A stretch of 64,000 nucleotides of DNA, taken from NCBI GenBank assembly GCA_951406725.2, contig OX597828.1:33914001-33978000 (forward strand). Direction: 5' to 3'. The stretch's first letter is position 1; every line of letters begins with the position of its first letter. Source of the DNA: Octopus vulgaris. Its lineage: Eukaryota. This document shows, piece after piece, positions 12,743 to 24,487 of this stretch. Position numbers and translations under genes: made by a program. The notes under the pieces were generated by a model, which ran no database searches, was not told the origin of the DNA, and saw nothing but the letters and a program-made list of their open reading frames with translations.

Positions 12743-13173
12743 GTCAGTAGTCTTATTTTTATCATGTGCTTTCACTGCACTACTGAGTGCAGCTCTGTGT
12801 GACTTGGGTATGTGCTGTGGTTTGCTGTGATGCTCTTATGGTTAGAGTATTGAAAGTGTTTTACGTAGGATGTGTGCAGTGCCTAGTAGTGCTATTTTTT
12901 GTATGCTATATCTACTTGTAAGTCCTGGTGTTTTTGTTATGTATTTGTCTGAATCATTTTTACTATACCTAATGCACCTACTATGATAGGAATTGGTTGT
13001 GTTTTTAGGCTCCACATTCAAGTTACCTCCATTTTCAGATTTTTGTATTTTAAAGTTTCTCCATTTCTTTTAGAGAAACATTGTCATCTGTTGGTATTCA
13101 TATATAAATTAGAATGCAACTTTTTCTTGGTAATCTCTGACAACTATATCTGGCCTACTGGCCTTGATTTCTC
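12743..13173 (-). mobile_element. R4/Dong-clade non-LTR retrotransposon 3' fragment (RLE endonuclease) in a (TAA)n tract
   Basis: Minus strand: RPDIVVRD, PTDDNVSLKEMEK, KYKNL, IPIIVGALG, IQKIALLGTAHILRKTL; TAA/TAT repeats on both sides. Confidence 0.85.
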
Positions 13174-13191
13174 TTATTATTATTATTACTA

Positions 13192-13222
<31 letters not shown>

Positions 13223-13464
13223 TATTATTATTATTATTATTATTACTATTATTATTATTTAGGAAGCAAGCAAACAGAATCGTTAGCATGCCAGGCAAAA
13301 TGCTTCGCTGCATTTCAAATTCCACTGAGGTCAACTTCGCCCTTCATCTTTTGGGCAGTTGATAAATTAAGTACCATTGAAATACTGGGGTCGATGTAAT
13401 CGACTTAAATCCTCCCACCAAATTTCAGGCCTTGTGCTTTTAGTAGAAAGGATTATTATGGTTA

Positions 13465-13802
13465 TTGAGTGAGAGAGCAGTGTATGCCATCAAAGTGACA
13501 CTGGGGTACAAATATACAAAGCCCGGTATATCCATCATGACTACCCGCCTGATAAAGGTACACCAGGCACATGCATCACAACAATATGTGCGCAACATGG
13601 CAATTTCATATCACAATAAACAGCACATGACCTTGCAGCTGGGGCCAAGTTAGAATTTTCTTCAGATCAAGTGGCCCTTCCTGCTCAAAAGGTCCCTGAA
13701 TAAGGGTTGTTTAAGGATGATGAATGAAACATCCAGGTTCCCAGAGGTGAATTATTCAAGCCTCAAAGAAATCCTTTCAACACATGGCTATGATACTCCT
13801 CC
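13465..13802. repeat. Second, shorter copy of the TAA-embedded repeat
   Basis: Colinear with 6146-6485. Confidence 0.8.
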
Positions 13803-14396
13803 ATTATTATTATTAAGGCGGCAAACTTGTAGAGTCATTTACTGACGGTTCCATTGCTGGCAAGATACTGTTCCTAATGCCAATCATTTTACAGAGCATT
13901 TTTCATTTACTGTGGGTAGATTTTAACATGGTACCAACACAAGAGAGGTTGTCTGGTACCTGACCACACTAATTATTACTCTGCTCTGCAGTGCAGGATA
14001 GAGAGGTGACTAACCATTTTACAGTATCTAATTTATCACCTCACATTTACAAATTCAAATTCGTATTTTAAATTAGGAACAAAATATACCAGTCATATAT
14101 TGGTATCAAAACAATAACCTAGAGATACTTCTCTTCAGATGGTTCTTTATGTATATAAACAAAGGGTAAGATCATAATGTCTTGGCTTTTAATATTCAAT
14201 GCTGATCCCATGTGTTATGAGTTTAAACCTTCAATGCCAAGCCAACAAAGTGCCATTAACTGGTTACTTGTCCTGCTAGAAATAACAATCAAATCTCTTG
14301 CAGATGTTTGTCCAATAACACATGATGGTTTGAATCACGATACAAAATTCATTATTTACATTTGACAGATATTTGTCCTCATCTTATTTATTGTTA

Positions 14397-14440
14397 ACAC
14401 AACGTTTTGGCTGATATACCCTCCAGCCTTCATCAGGTGT
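14397..14440 (-). ncRNA. Minimal type I hammerhead ribozyme motif, core-mutated (GAAA>AAAA)
   Basis: Minus: ACAC-CUGAUGA-A-GGCUG-loop-CAGCC-AAAAC-GUU-GUGU; paralog of the intact copy at 25248. Confidence 0.65.
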
Positions 14441-14488
14441 CTTGGGGAAATTTCGAACTTGGGTTCTCATTCCTAAGGTATTTTTCAA

Positions 14489-14526
<38 letters not shown>

Positions 14527-14543
14527 GCAGCAGCAGCAGTAGC

Positions 14544-14637
14544 CAGGTCACTGCCTGGAATCAAACTTAGAATCTTGGGGTTAAGAGAGCGGGCTACTAA
14601 ACCCAAGATTCCGAGTTCAATTCCAGGCAGTGACCTG
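14544..14637. repeat. 39-bp-arm inverted repeat formed by two opposed tRNA-like heads
   Basis: CAGGTCACTGCCTGGAAT...ATTCCAGGCAGTGACCTG; B-box-like GAGTTCAATTCC at 14613-14624. Confidence 0.85.
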
Positions 14638-15213
14638 AATAATAATAATAATGTACATAATTCATAGCTTGGATTTAACCCTTTAGAATTTAAACAAGCC
14701 ATATCCAGTCAAAGTATTCCGCCTGTTTTATTTTTTAAACAGCCAGATCTGGCTTCTCACACTTACCCTACAATATTATTCTAAAAATAAACAATCACAT
14801 CATTGAAATCTCAAAGCAACGCAATACATCAGGATTAATTTAAATCTATGTGAATAAATAAGCATCGCATTTAACAGAGAAACCTGACTGCTAAAGGATG
14901 AAGCCAATGAAGGTGCTTTTATGAGGTCATTCAACCTGCTACAAATAGCAGCTAAATCTCACCTCAAACAACAACATACAACTTAAAAGGGAACACATTT
15001 GATAACACGGTCCTGGGTTACATACACACAGGAAAAAGACAAGATGGTCACAGTTGGAATACATTTAAGGGAAGGTCTGCCCAATCACAGCTAACCTATA
15101 GGCAAAGAACAACAATTACATTTACAAAGAACCAATGAGGAACCTACTATGCGGTTGCTAGACTTGCTTGAAATAGCAGCCAAATACCTCTCAAACAACA
15201 TTACAGTCTAGGA

Positions 15214-15515
15214 TAGTGGTTCCCAAAGTGGGTGGTATTGTCCCTTTGCGGACAGTGGAAAGCTCCAGGGTGGGCATTGAAGAAAAGCTGGGTGATAGTG
15301 GGACAACCAAAAGGTGGGGATGTATGCAAAAAAAATCCCAGACAATAAGTTAATTAGTTAATGAGTTAATTAGGTTAGGTTTTATTTGTGAAATACAGTT
15401 GTGTTGAGTTTGCTGTAGATAGTAGTCTCTGTTAAGGGTGGTAAGTGGAGGAGGGGGTAGGAATGTAGCTCGGGTGCTGAGAGGGTGGCAGCCTGAAAAA
15501 GTCTGGGAACCACTG
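15214..15515. mobile_element. hAT (Charlie-like) MITE
   Basis: TIRs (T/C)AGTGGTTCCCA...TGGGAACCACTG; degenerate 8-bp TSD GTCTAGGA/GACTAAGG. Confidence 0.65.
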
Positions 15516-16230
15516 GACTAAGGTATGAATGCTTTTGATCATTGATCTGCTCCATCATGCGTGACTTGGGTGTTAAACATCGTTATCATCCTCATCCGCT
15601 CTCATCCCAGCCAGGTCAGTAAACGAAATACCAGTCATTTACTGAGGGCAATGTAGTCAGAGTAACACTATGCTCGAAGGGATAGTAATGGTTAGAATGC
15701 CGTCATTCCTAGACATGTTTGGTAAAAGACTGATCTGAGGCTAAACGAAGCCAACGACAATAACATGAGCTAGGTTAATCAATACTAAAAAACGTTTGTT
15801 CTAGCAAAATCCATCTGGAGATGATAATATGGAATGTTTATTCTAATGGATAAACAATTTTCTCTCCGCTAAAACCAAATCAGTCAGGTGAGGAGTGAAC
15901 ATACATGGGTTTGTGTGTGTATGTGTGTGTAAATATATATACACACATATAGGTATATACCTGCTGACTCGGAAGCTACTGCGGATGTCTAGCTCCAGCC
16001 TCAGCTGTGAACTTGGAACCTAACGGACGACCAATTATAGCACTTACACAGCATAACTATTCGTTTACATCAGTAAACTAAACCCCACCATATTCTTTAC
16101 ATATACATATACGTGCACATATACATGTATAAGTGTATGTGTGTGTGTACATTTAGGTATATGTGTGTGTGTGTGTGTGTACATTTAGGTATGTGTGTGT
16201 GTGTGTATTTGTATATATATGTATGTATAT

Positions 16231-16624
16231 ACTCTTTTACTTGTTTCAGTCATTTGACTGCAGCCATGCTGGAGCACCGCCTTTAATCGAGCAAATCGAC
16301 ACCAGGACTTATTCTTTGTAAGCCTAGTACTTATTCTATCAGTCTCTTATGCCGAACCACTAAGTTACGGGGAAGTAAACACACCACCATCGGTTGTCAA
16401 GCAAAGCTAGGGGGACAAACACAGACACACAAACACACACATGCATAAATATATATACATATATACGACGGGCTTCTTTCAGTTTCCATCTACCAAGTCC
16501 GCTCACAAGGCTTTGGTCAGCCTGAGGATATAGTAGAAGACACTTGCCCAAGGTACCACGCAGTGGGAATGAACCCAGAGCCATGTGGTTGGTAAGCAAG
16601 CTACTTACCACACAGCCACTCCTG
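16231..16624 (-). mobile_element. SINE family A, full length
   Basis: Reverse complement of 2420-2828. Confidence 0.9.
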
Positions 16625-17180
16625 CACACAAACACAAACACAAATACACTCAAATATGAAACAGAAGCAGCCTTGATCTCGGGACCAATCATGTCTAGAA
16701 ACTGAGGTTGGGGATAAGCAAGGACATGCTCTCTATAGAAAATCCAACTCCAACAAAGCCTCTTGATAACAAAGGAGAATGGGCACCAGCCAACCCAAAG
16801 GTTGGGGTAGGCTGCACCTGCCTACTTCAGTTGCTATGGCATTGAGGTAGATCTGGCCACCCCTGTTAACAGGGACAAAACCCGGATTTAAAACACTGGA
16901 TGATGATGAAGATATATATATATAAATATAGTTAAATTTCCAGACTGAACAGTTCATTGTATTCTTGAGTAAAGCCCTTCATTTCACATTTTTCATGTCC
17001 ACCCAGCTGTAAATGAATTCTAGTATTTGCTAGACAGTTAACCAAGTGACAGGCTAGTACCCTATTCATTGAGATACATATATATATATATATATATTAT
17101 GTCTGTTTTCATTCCTCCACTTCACTCTGTATTTCATATCTTCTTTATAATAACTATTACTTGAACATTTTCTCTAACCA

Positions 17181-17226
17181 TCTCTGATGAAGGGATATAT
17201 AAAATATCCCGGAAACAGCAGTAAGA
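17181..17226 (+). ncRNA. Minimal type I hammerhead ribozyme motif
   Basis: UCU-CUGAUGA-A-GGGAUAU(AUAAA)AUAUCCC-G-GAAA-C(AGCA)G-UA^AGA; stem I UCU/AGA, 7-bp stem II. Confidence 0.7.
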
Positions 17227-17447
17227 CCTTCCCTTTATAAATGTTCTGAAAACTATTCACCACCTTGGATATTTTTATCTCATTCTGTTAATTTTTATAA
17301 ATATGCATGCTAATACATGACCTATGTTGGACTCCTCATTCGTATCATTATCAAACCGGAACCTGGAGCTTAACTATAGTCTGTCCATAGCAGTTACTCA
17401 GCATTACCTGACACCTTTGAGTCTTCTTGACACCAATACCTCTCATG

Positions 17448-17490
<43 letters not shown>

Positions 17491-17491
17491 C

Positions 17492-17825
17492 GGGATGACC
17501 ACTATGTGGACAACCCTTATGCTAGAAGTAGATCCACTATGGTCTTACCACTAGGAAATGTTCTCAAGAAAATTTAGCAAACACCAGAACGCAATTGAGC
17601 AAGACAAATGAAAAGTAACAAAAATATAGATTAATCATAAACCTGTTTACGTAACTGGTGATAGTGAAACATGTGTTTATGATTAATCTATATTTTTGTT
17701 ACTTTTCATTTGTCTTGCTCACTTACGTTCTGGTGTTTGCTAAATTTTCTTGAGAACATTTCCTAGTGGTAAGACCATAGCGGATCTACTTCTAGCATAA
17801 GGGTTGTCCATGTTGTGATCATCCC
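17492..17825. repeat. Fold-back with ~157-bp arms and ~18-nt spacer
   Basis: 17492-17648 is the near-exact reverse complement of 17667-17825. Confidence 0.95.
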
Positions 17826-18424
17826 TCCAGTAAGTATGCAATACAATTTTCTGAACCTTCAGATTTTAATATGCTAGACCACTGGTTTTAAATTGATGTT
17901 AAACAAATTAATATACAATTTTTCACCCTCATATATCTTTTATATAAAATCCGTTCTGTCTGTGTATGTGTGTGTGGCTTCTAGGATCTCGGGCATCCTC
18001 CATCCGACTGCGCTCAAATTTGATATGTAGATACCAACAGTATCAGGGTGTGTATAAGTCTTGAAAAAATTACAAAAGTCGATTCCAGGTGAGAATGCGA
18101 TCAATACAGTGAATAAAATCGTTTTTCTTTGGAATAGAAAAAAAGTCTATCTTTATTTCTTCTTTTGCTGGTGTCTCAAATTTAGGTTAAATCAGTGATT
18201 CTCAAAGGCAAGGCCTATGGGACGGTTGGACAAGTTGTTTTGAGAAAATTTGGTTTAAATGTTTGACAACTCAGCACCGTCCATTGGACTGGGGGGGGGG
18301 GCGTTTTGCTCGTATACATATATATATATATATATATTTTATTTTAAATAAAGCATATTACTCTACCCCTGGTATTTGAGTACTCTTTTTTCCACCTTGT
18401 TTCACTTTTATGTGTTTACTCCGG

Positions 18425-18459
<35 letters not shown>

Positions 18460-18494
18460 ACACACTTTATTTATACAGCTGCAAAGGCATCCCA

Positions 18495-18540
18495 AAAACT
18501 GTTACTCAGAGTTTTACATTCTCATTCGTCAGACAGTTTT
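18495..18540 (-). ncRNA. Decayed type I hammerhead motif
   Basis: AAAACUGU-CUGACGA-AUGAGAAUGU-AAAA-CUCUGAG-UA^ACAGUUUU; 8-bp stem I; GAAA mutated. Confidence 0.55.
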
Positions 18541-18878
18541 GGTTTAGATTGGAACAAAATAAGGTTACATGCATAAATATAAAATTACTATGAAAATGGT
18601 TTTGTTTCATTGGTCCTTTCAACTAACTGTCTTTTCAATAACCGATTATATGAAATTACAATTATGATTTTAAATCATATTATCCTAAAAATCAAAGAAA
18701 ACCTTAAATGAGAAATGACCTTTAGTAGATTTTAAATCGTAATTGTAATTTCATATAATCGGTTATTGGAAAGACTGTTAGTTGAAAGGACCAATGAAAC
18801 AAAACCATTTTCAAATGTGTATCTATCAAAGTAATTGTACATTTATGCATATAACCTTATTTTGTTCCATTCTAAACA

Positions 18879-18925
18879 AAAACTGTCCGATAAACGGGAA
18901 CGTGAAACTCTGAGTAACAGGTTTT
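18879..18925 (+). ncRNA. Decayed type I hammerhead motif
   Basis: AAAACUGU-CCGAUAA-ACG(GGAA)CGU-GAAA-CUCUGAG-UA^ACAGG; CUGANGA box mutated. Confidence 0.55.
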
Positions 18926-19246
18926 GTGATGTCCTTGCAGCTTTATTAATAAAGCATATTACTCTACCTCTGGTATTCAAGTACTATTTTTTCCACCTTG
19001 GTTTGCATTTATGTGCTTACTCTGGTATATATATATATATATATATAATAAGGATTATCACAAAATAACATTAGCATTACCTTTAGGGGATTTCTCCAAA
19101 CATTCACCGGTTTGCGCACAGTTAGGTATTCATAATAGATTATTCAACAGTTCATATATAAGTCCAATAATAATTCTCGTAAGAATTTAGAGATAATTCT
19201 AAATATATTACGATAACCATATAGGTTTCTTGGAGTATTCAATATC

Positions 19247-19282
<36 letters not shown>

Positions 19283-19746
19283 TCTTTCTACTAATGGTAC
19301 GAGGCCTGAAATTTGGGGGAGGGGGAGGCCAGTCGATTACATCGATCCTAGCACTTGACCTGTACTTATTTTTTCAATCCCCTGAAAGGATGAAAGGCAA
19401 AGTCAACCTTGGCGGAATATGAACTCAAAATGTAGTGGCAGACGAAACACTGCTAAGCATTTCTCCTGGCATGCTAACGATTCCGCCAGCTCGCCACCTT
19501 AATAATCATAATAATAATGATGATAATAATCCTTTTCTATTATTGGCACAAGGCCTGAAATTTGGGGGGAGGGGGCCAGTCAATTATGATCGACCCCAGT
19601 ACACAATTGGTACTTATTTCTTCGACCCCAAAAGGATGGAAGGCAAAGATGACCTTGGCAGAATTTGAACTCAGAACATAGCAGCAGACGAAATACAACT
19701 AAGCATTTTGCCCAGCATGCTAACGATTCTGCCAACTCGCCACCTT
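19283..19746 (-). mobile_element. Two SINE family B copies in TAA tracts
   Basis: Reverse complements of family B at ~19283-19500 and ~19530-19746. Confidence 0.85.
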
Positions 19747-19789
19747 AATAATAATAGTAATAATAATAATAATTATTATTATTATTATT

Positions 19790-20008
19790 ACTCTTTACTC
19801 TTTTACTTGTTTCAGTCATTTGACTGCGGCCATGCTGGAGCACCGCCTTTAGTCGAGCAAATCAACCCTGGGACTTATTCTTTGTAAGCCCAGTACTTAT
19901 TTATCGGTCTCTTTTGCCGAACTGCTAAGTTACGGGGACATAAACACACCAGCATCGGTTGTCAAGCAATGCTAGGGGGATAAACACAGACACACAAACA
20001 CACACACG

Positions 20009-20058
<50 letters not shown>

Positions 20059-20222
20059 TACAACAGGCTTCTTTCAGTTTCCGTCTACCAAATCCACTCA
20101 CAAGGCATTGGTCGGCCCGGGGCTATAGCAGAAGACATTACCCAAGGTACCACCCAGTGGGACTGAACCCGGAACCATGTGGCTGGTTAGCAAGCTACTT
20201 ACCACACAGCCACTCCTGCGCC
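19790..20222 (-). mobile_element. SINE family A, full length
   Basis: Reverse complement of 2420-2828. Confidence 0.9.
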
Positions 20223-20569
20223 TATTATTATTATTATTATTATTATTATTACAAAGTAACATTAGCATTAGCTTTAATTCCTTTTTTTATATACACAGAT
20301 TCAAATAGACCCGCATGTGTTTTTACTGCATCGATTAGTAACTGATGCAATTGCAACTTTACTTTAATACCGGTGCAGTTTCTTCAGGGTCTTCACTATA
20401 ACATCCTTTGATTCAACTGTTTAAAAGATTTTCATATATCTACTCTGCATTGTATGACATGGAGTTGTTCGTTAATTTAGACACAAACTACCTTCAATTA
20501 AAGTTATGATTTGGATAATCACTTATAGCCATTCCTTCAAAACATTCTGTTCTTTAAATGTTTATATAT

Positions 20570-20875
20570 TTTCGTAAAAAGCACCATCCGTTCGTGTCCG
20601 TTGCCAGCCTCGCCTGGCCCCCATGCCGGTGGCACATAAAAAGCACCATCTGTTCGTGGCCGTTTGCCAGCTCTGTCTGGCACCTGTGCGGGTGGCACAT
20701 AAAAAGCACCCACTACACTCACAGGAGTGGTTGGCGTTAGGAAGGGCATCCAGCCATAGAAACACTGCCAGATCTGACTAGGCCTGATGAAGACTTCCGG
20801 CTTCACAGACCCCAGTTGAACCGTCCAACCCATGCTAGCATGGAAAACGGACGCTAAACGATGATGATGATGATC
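20570..20875 (+). mobile_element. Family C element
   Basis: Colinear with 8350-8642, (GAT)n tail. Confidence 0.85.
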
Positions 20876-21382
20876 ATCATCGTCATCGTCATCATCATTT
20901 AATGTTCATTGTCCATGCTAGCATGTGTTGGACAGTTTGACAGGCCTTGGTAAGCCAGAGAGCTGCGCCAGACTCCAACTGTCTGATTTGGCTTGGTTTC
21001 TACGGCTGGATGCTCTTCCTAACACCAACCACTTTACTGACTGTACTGGGTATCTTTTATGTGTCGCTGGCACAGGTGCCCTTTACCTGTCTGTCACCTG
21101 CACTGGCCACGACCACAATTTCACTCAGCTTAACATGTCTTCTCAAGCACAGCACATCACCAGCAGTCTCAGTCCCTTCCGTGAGACTCAAATGCAACAT
21201 ATAAATTTGGGGTTAAGAAGAACCTTTCACTAGAAAAAATGAAAGGCTAGGCAGCTTCAACTTTTTCTGTCCAAAGGGGTTTGTAACCCAATATTTATAG
21301 CTTTATGTGCTTCAAGGTCCACTGTTCTAAAAAAGGAATTATTTAATATTTTCTCAAAAGTTCATAAATTCTTATGATGTCG

Positions 21383-21427
<45 letters not shown>

Positions 21428-21914
21428 TCATCATCGTTTAACGTCCGCTTTCCATGCTAGCATGGGTTGGACGGTTCAACTGGGGTCTGGCAGTGTTTCT
21501 ACAGCTGGATGCCCTTCCTAACGCCAACCACTCCATGAGTGTAGGGGGTGCTTTTTACGTGCTATATATATATATAGAAGGTCATTTAGAATGAAATGTC
21601 CAATTTTCTCGTGCACCAAGTTTGACAGTCGGTAACTCTAATGGTTTATCCTGACAATTTTTTGTTTTACAAAATTGAAGATTTACATCATCACTTAGCT
21701 CTGTTAAAACGGCGGTGCAGCCGAAGCTCAATTGTCAATGGCAAATGTAGATAATCACCTAGTGTTTACCCTTTTAGTGAGGCATTTCCCTCTCCATATT
21801 TTGAAGAGGTCTAAGGCCAGCAATGATTGGGAGTCTGAAGATACGCCTTATGAGCAAGAAACCCAGGGTAACCTCATAAGCCGGCCTCCCCCACTATAAT
21901 ATTTATACATACAT

Positions 21915-22316
21915 AGGCGTAGGAGTGGCTGTGTGGTATGTAGCTTGCTTACCAACCACATGGTTCTGGGTTCAGTCCCACTGCGTGGCACCTTGGGCAA
22001 GTGTCTTCTACTATAGCTTCAGACTGAACAAAGCCTTGTGAGTGGATTTGGTAGACAGAAACTGAAAGAAGCCATTGTATATAGGTTTATATATATATGT
22101 GTGTGTGTGTGTATTTGTGTGTCTGTGTTTGTCCCTCCAACATCGCTTGACAACTGATGCTGGTGTGTTACGTCCCTGTAACTTAGCAGTTTGGCAAAAG
22201 AGACCAACAGAATAAGTACTAGGCTTACAAAGAATAAGTCCTGGGGTCGATTTGCTCGACTAAAGGTGGTGCTCCAGCATGGCTACAGTCAAATGACTGA
22301 AACAAGTAAAAGAGTG
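21915..22316 (+). mobile_element. SINE family A, full length
   Basis: Colinear with 2420-2828. Confidence 0.9.
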
Positions 22317-22471
22317 AAATATATATATATATATAAATATATATATTTAACAATTAAGGATAACTTCTTAATAAGGAATCTTAACAAGAAATTATCAGGT
22401 AGTTAGCGTGAAAAACCTCATAAGAGAAAAAAATTCGAAAATAATTTTTTTTTCTTTAGAACATATTAGTT

Positions 22472-22781
22472 TATATTATATAGAGAGCATTATTACATAT
22501 AAATGCCTCACACTAAGAGGGACATAAGTTATTACTACCAAAAATTTCACTAATCATACCCAATGCAGTTTTTCAAAGCAAGACATTTAAAAAATGAATT
22601 TAGTCCTATATCACCTGTGATTTCGCACTTACCGCATAAAAAATGCGTCTATGCTCATCGGTAGAATTGATTCTGAACACATCGTAAATATGGGTATGAT
22701 TAGTGAAATTTTTGGTAGTAATGACTTATGTCCCTCTTAGTGTGAGGCATTTATATGTAATAATGCCCTCTATATAATATA
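22472..22781. repeat. Fold-back with ~90-bp arms and a hammerhead in the spacer
   Basis: 22472-22562 is the reverse complement of 22691-22781 with few mismatches. Confidence 0.9.
22604..22666 (-). ncRNA. Type I hammerhead ribozyme motif (U4C variant)
   Basis: UUCUA-CCGAUGA-GCA..CGCAU(U5)AUGCG..UGC-GAAA-UCAC(AG)GUGA-UA^UAGGA; all three stems can form. Confidence 0.7.
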
Positions 22782-23118
22782 TATATATACACATACACAC
22801 AATATGATTTTATAATCTAATAATGTGTGTGTGTGTGTGTGTCCCTCTCTCTCTCTCTCTCTATCAAATTTCACTCACAAGGCATTTACCAGTCTAGGAC
22901 TATAATAGTAGAAGACACTTGCCCGAGGCGCCATCCTGTGGGAGTGAACCTGAAATCACATGGTAGCAAAGTGACCTTCTCAACCACACAACCATGCCTG
23001 CACCTGTTATGTTTTTCGTTGCCGTGTGGGAGTAGAAAAATATCACATTTCAGAGTAAAGTCCTTCAACAAAGTAACACAATAGGGCCACATAAGTTGAT
23101 AATTATTAAATATAAATA

Positions 23119-23661
23119 CAGGGTCAGGCAAAATGATCTGACACATTTGTAGGTTAAATAAAAGGCATTGTTTTTCGTTTCTTTTTCAGTTGCTGTCATG
23201 AATTGGACTGGTGAGCATCGCGCTTTCATTGTGGAAACGTTTATCAAAACAAACGATTCTGTAACTGCAACACAAAGAGCATTCCGTTTGCACTTCAATC
23301 TTGGTAGACATGATCCCGTACCAGCTCAAAACACGATCTTGTTATGGGTTACCAACTTCAGAGCTACTGAATCTGCATTGAAATGAAAATCAACTGGCCG
23401 AACAACTTAAAGATGCAATTCGTCAAGAAATTACTGCCATTCCACATGAAATGACCCGCCGAATTATTGACAACTTTCGTGAATGCCTTCGACAGTGTGT
23501 GGACAATAATGGATCCCATTTGACTGATTTAATTTTTAAAACATAATGAAACAAAACGGCATTATATGTACTTTTCAAAAATAAAAACACTTTTTTGTTT
23601 CTCTACTTCATTTGCCTTTTATTTAACCTACAAATGTGTCAGATCATTTTGCCTGACCCTG
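23119..23661 (+). mobile_element. Internally deleted Tc1/mariner element
   Basis: ~48-bp TIRs CAGGGTCAGGCAAAATGATCTGACACATTTGTAGG, TA TSD; N-terminal HTH (MNWTGEHRAFIVETF...) joined to C-terminus (LKDAIRQEITAIP...QCVDNNGSHL). Confidence 0.9.
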
Positions 23662-24057
23662 TAGATACAAAAAATAAATCTAATTACATTCATTATGAAA
23701 ATATAATTGCTAAAGGAATGAACTGTCAATGCATTGAATAGAATGTCTTGCTATACTCTGACTCTACATAACGTGGTTTCAAATCCTCACAAAGTCAACT
23801 TTGTCTTACATCCTTCTGAGGTCAATAATAAATACAACCATCAATGATCAATTCTTCTCTCTCACTCTCTCTCTCTTTCTCCCTCTGAACAAAACTGGTT
23901 GGAATGACTAGGGCTCTGCCAAGTTTAGAAAAACTGAAGGACTGCTGGCGGCATAAGTGTGTGAATCCGAGAGGGGAAGATGTTGAATAAACTCATAATT
24001 GACTGATCCTCCTGTATTTTCTTTTACACTGAGCCAGGAACTTCTTACCACTTCCTC

Positions 24058-24487
24058 AGGCATAGGAGTGGCTGTGTGGTAAGTAGCTTACTTACCAACA
24101 ACATGGTTCCAGGTTCAGTCCCACTGCATGGCACCTACTATGTTTGCAAGTGTCTTCTACTATAGCCTCAGGCCAACCAAAGCCTTGAGAGTGGATTTGG
24201 TAGACAGAAACTGAAAGAAGCCTGTCGTATATATATGTATATATATATGTATGTGTGTGTGTATATGTTTGTGTGTCTGTGTTTGCCCCAACCCCCACCC
24301 CCACCCAACATTGCTTGACAACTGATGCTGGTGTGTTTACGTCCCCGTAACTTAGCGCTTTGGCAAAAGTGACCGATAGAACAAGTACTAGGCTTACAAA
24401 GAACAAGTCCTGGGGGCGATTTGCTTGACTAAAGGTGGTGCTCCAGCATGGCCACAGTCAAAGGATTGAAACAAGTAAGAGTAAGAG
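24058..24487 (+). mobile_element. SINE family A, full length
   Basis: Colinear with 2420-2828. Confidence 0.9.

Larger units (their letters stand above)
18477..18942. repeat. Fold-back with ~200-bp arms, each carrying a decayed hammerhead
   Basis: Arms 18477-18676 and 18728-18942; flanking ~83-bp direct repeats 18347-18430 and 18948-19030. Confidence 0.9.

Noticed and set aside
19101-19140. Possible minus-strand hammerhead (..UUAUGA...CAAACCGGUGA)
   Set aside because: Both core boxes and the stems are too degenerate.
20783-20810. CTGATGA motif
   Set aside because: Chance variant within family C; no GAAA or stems.
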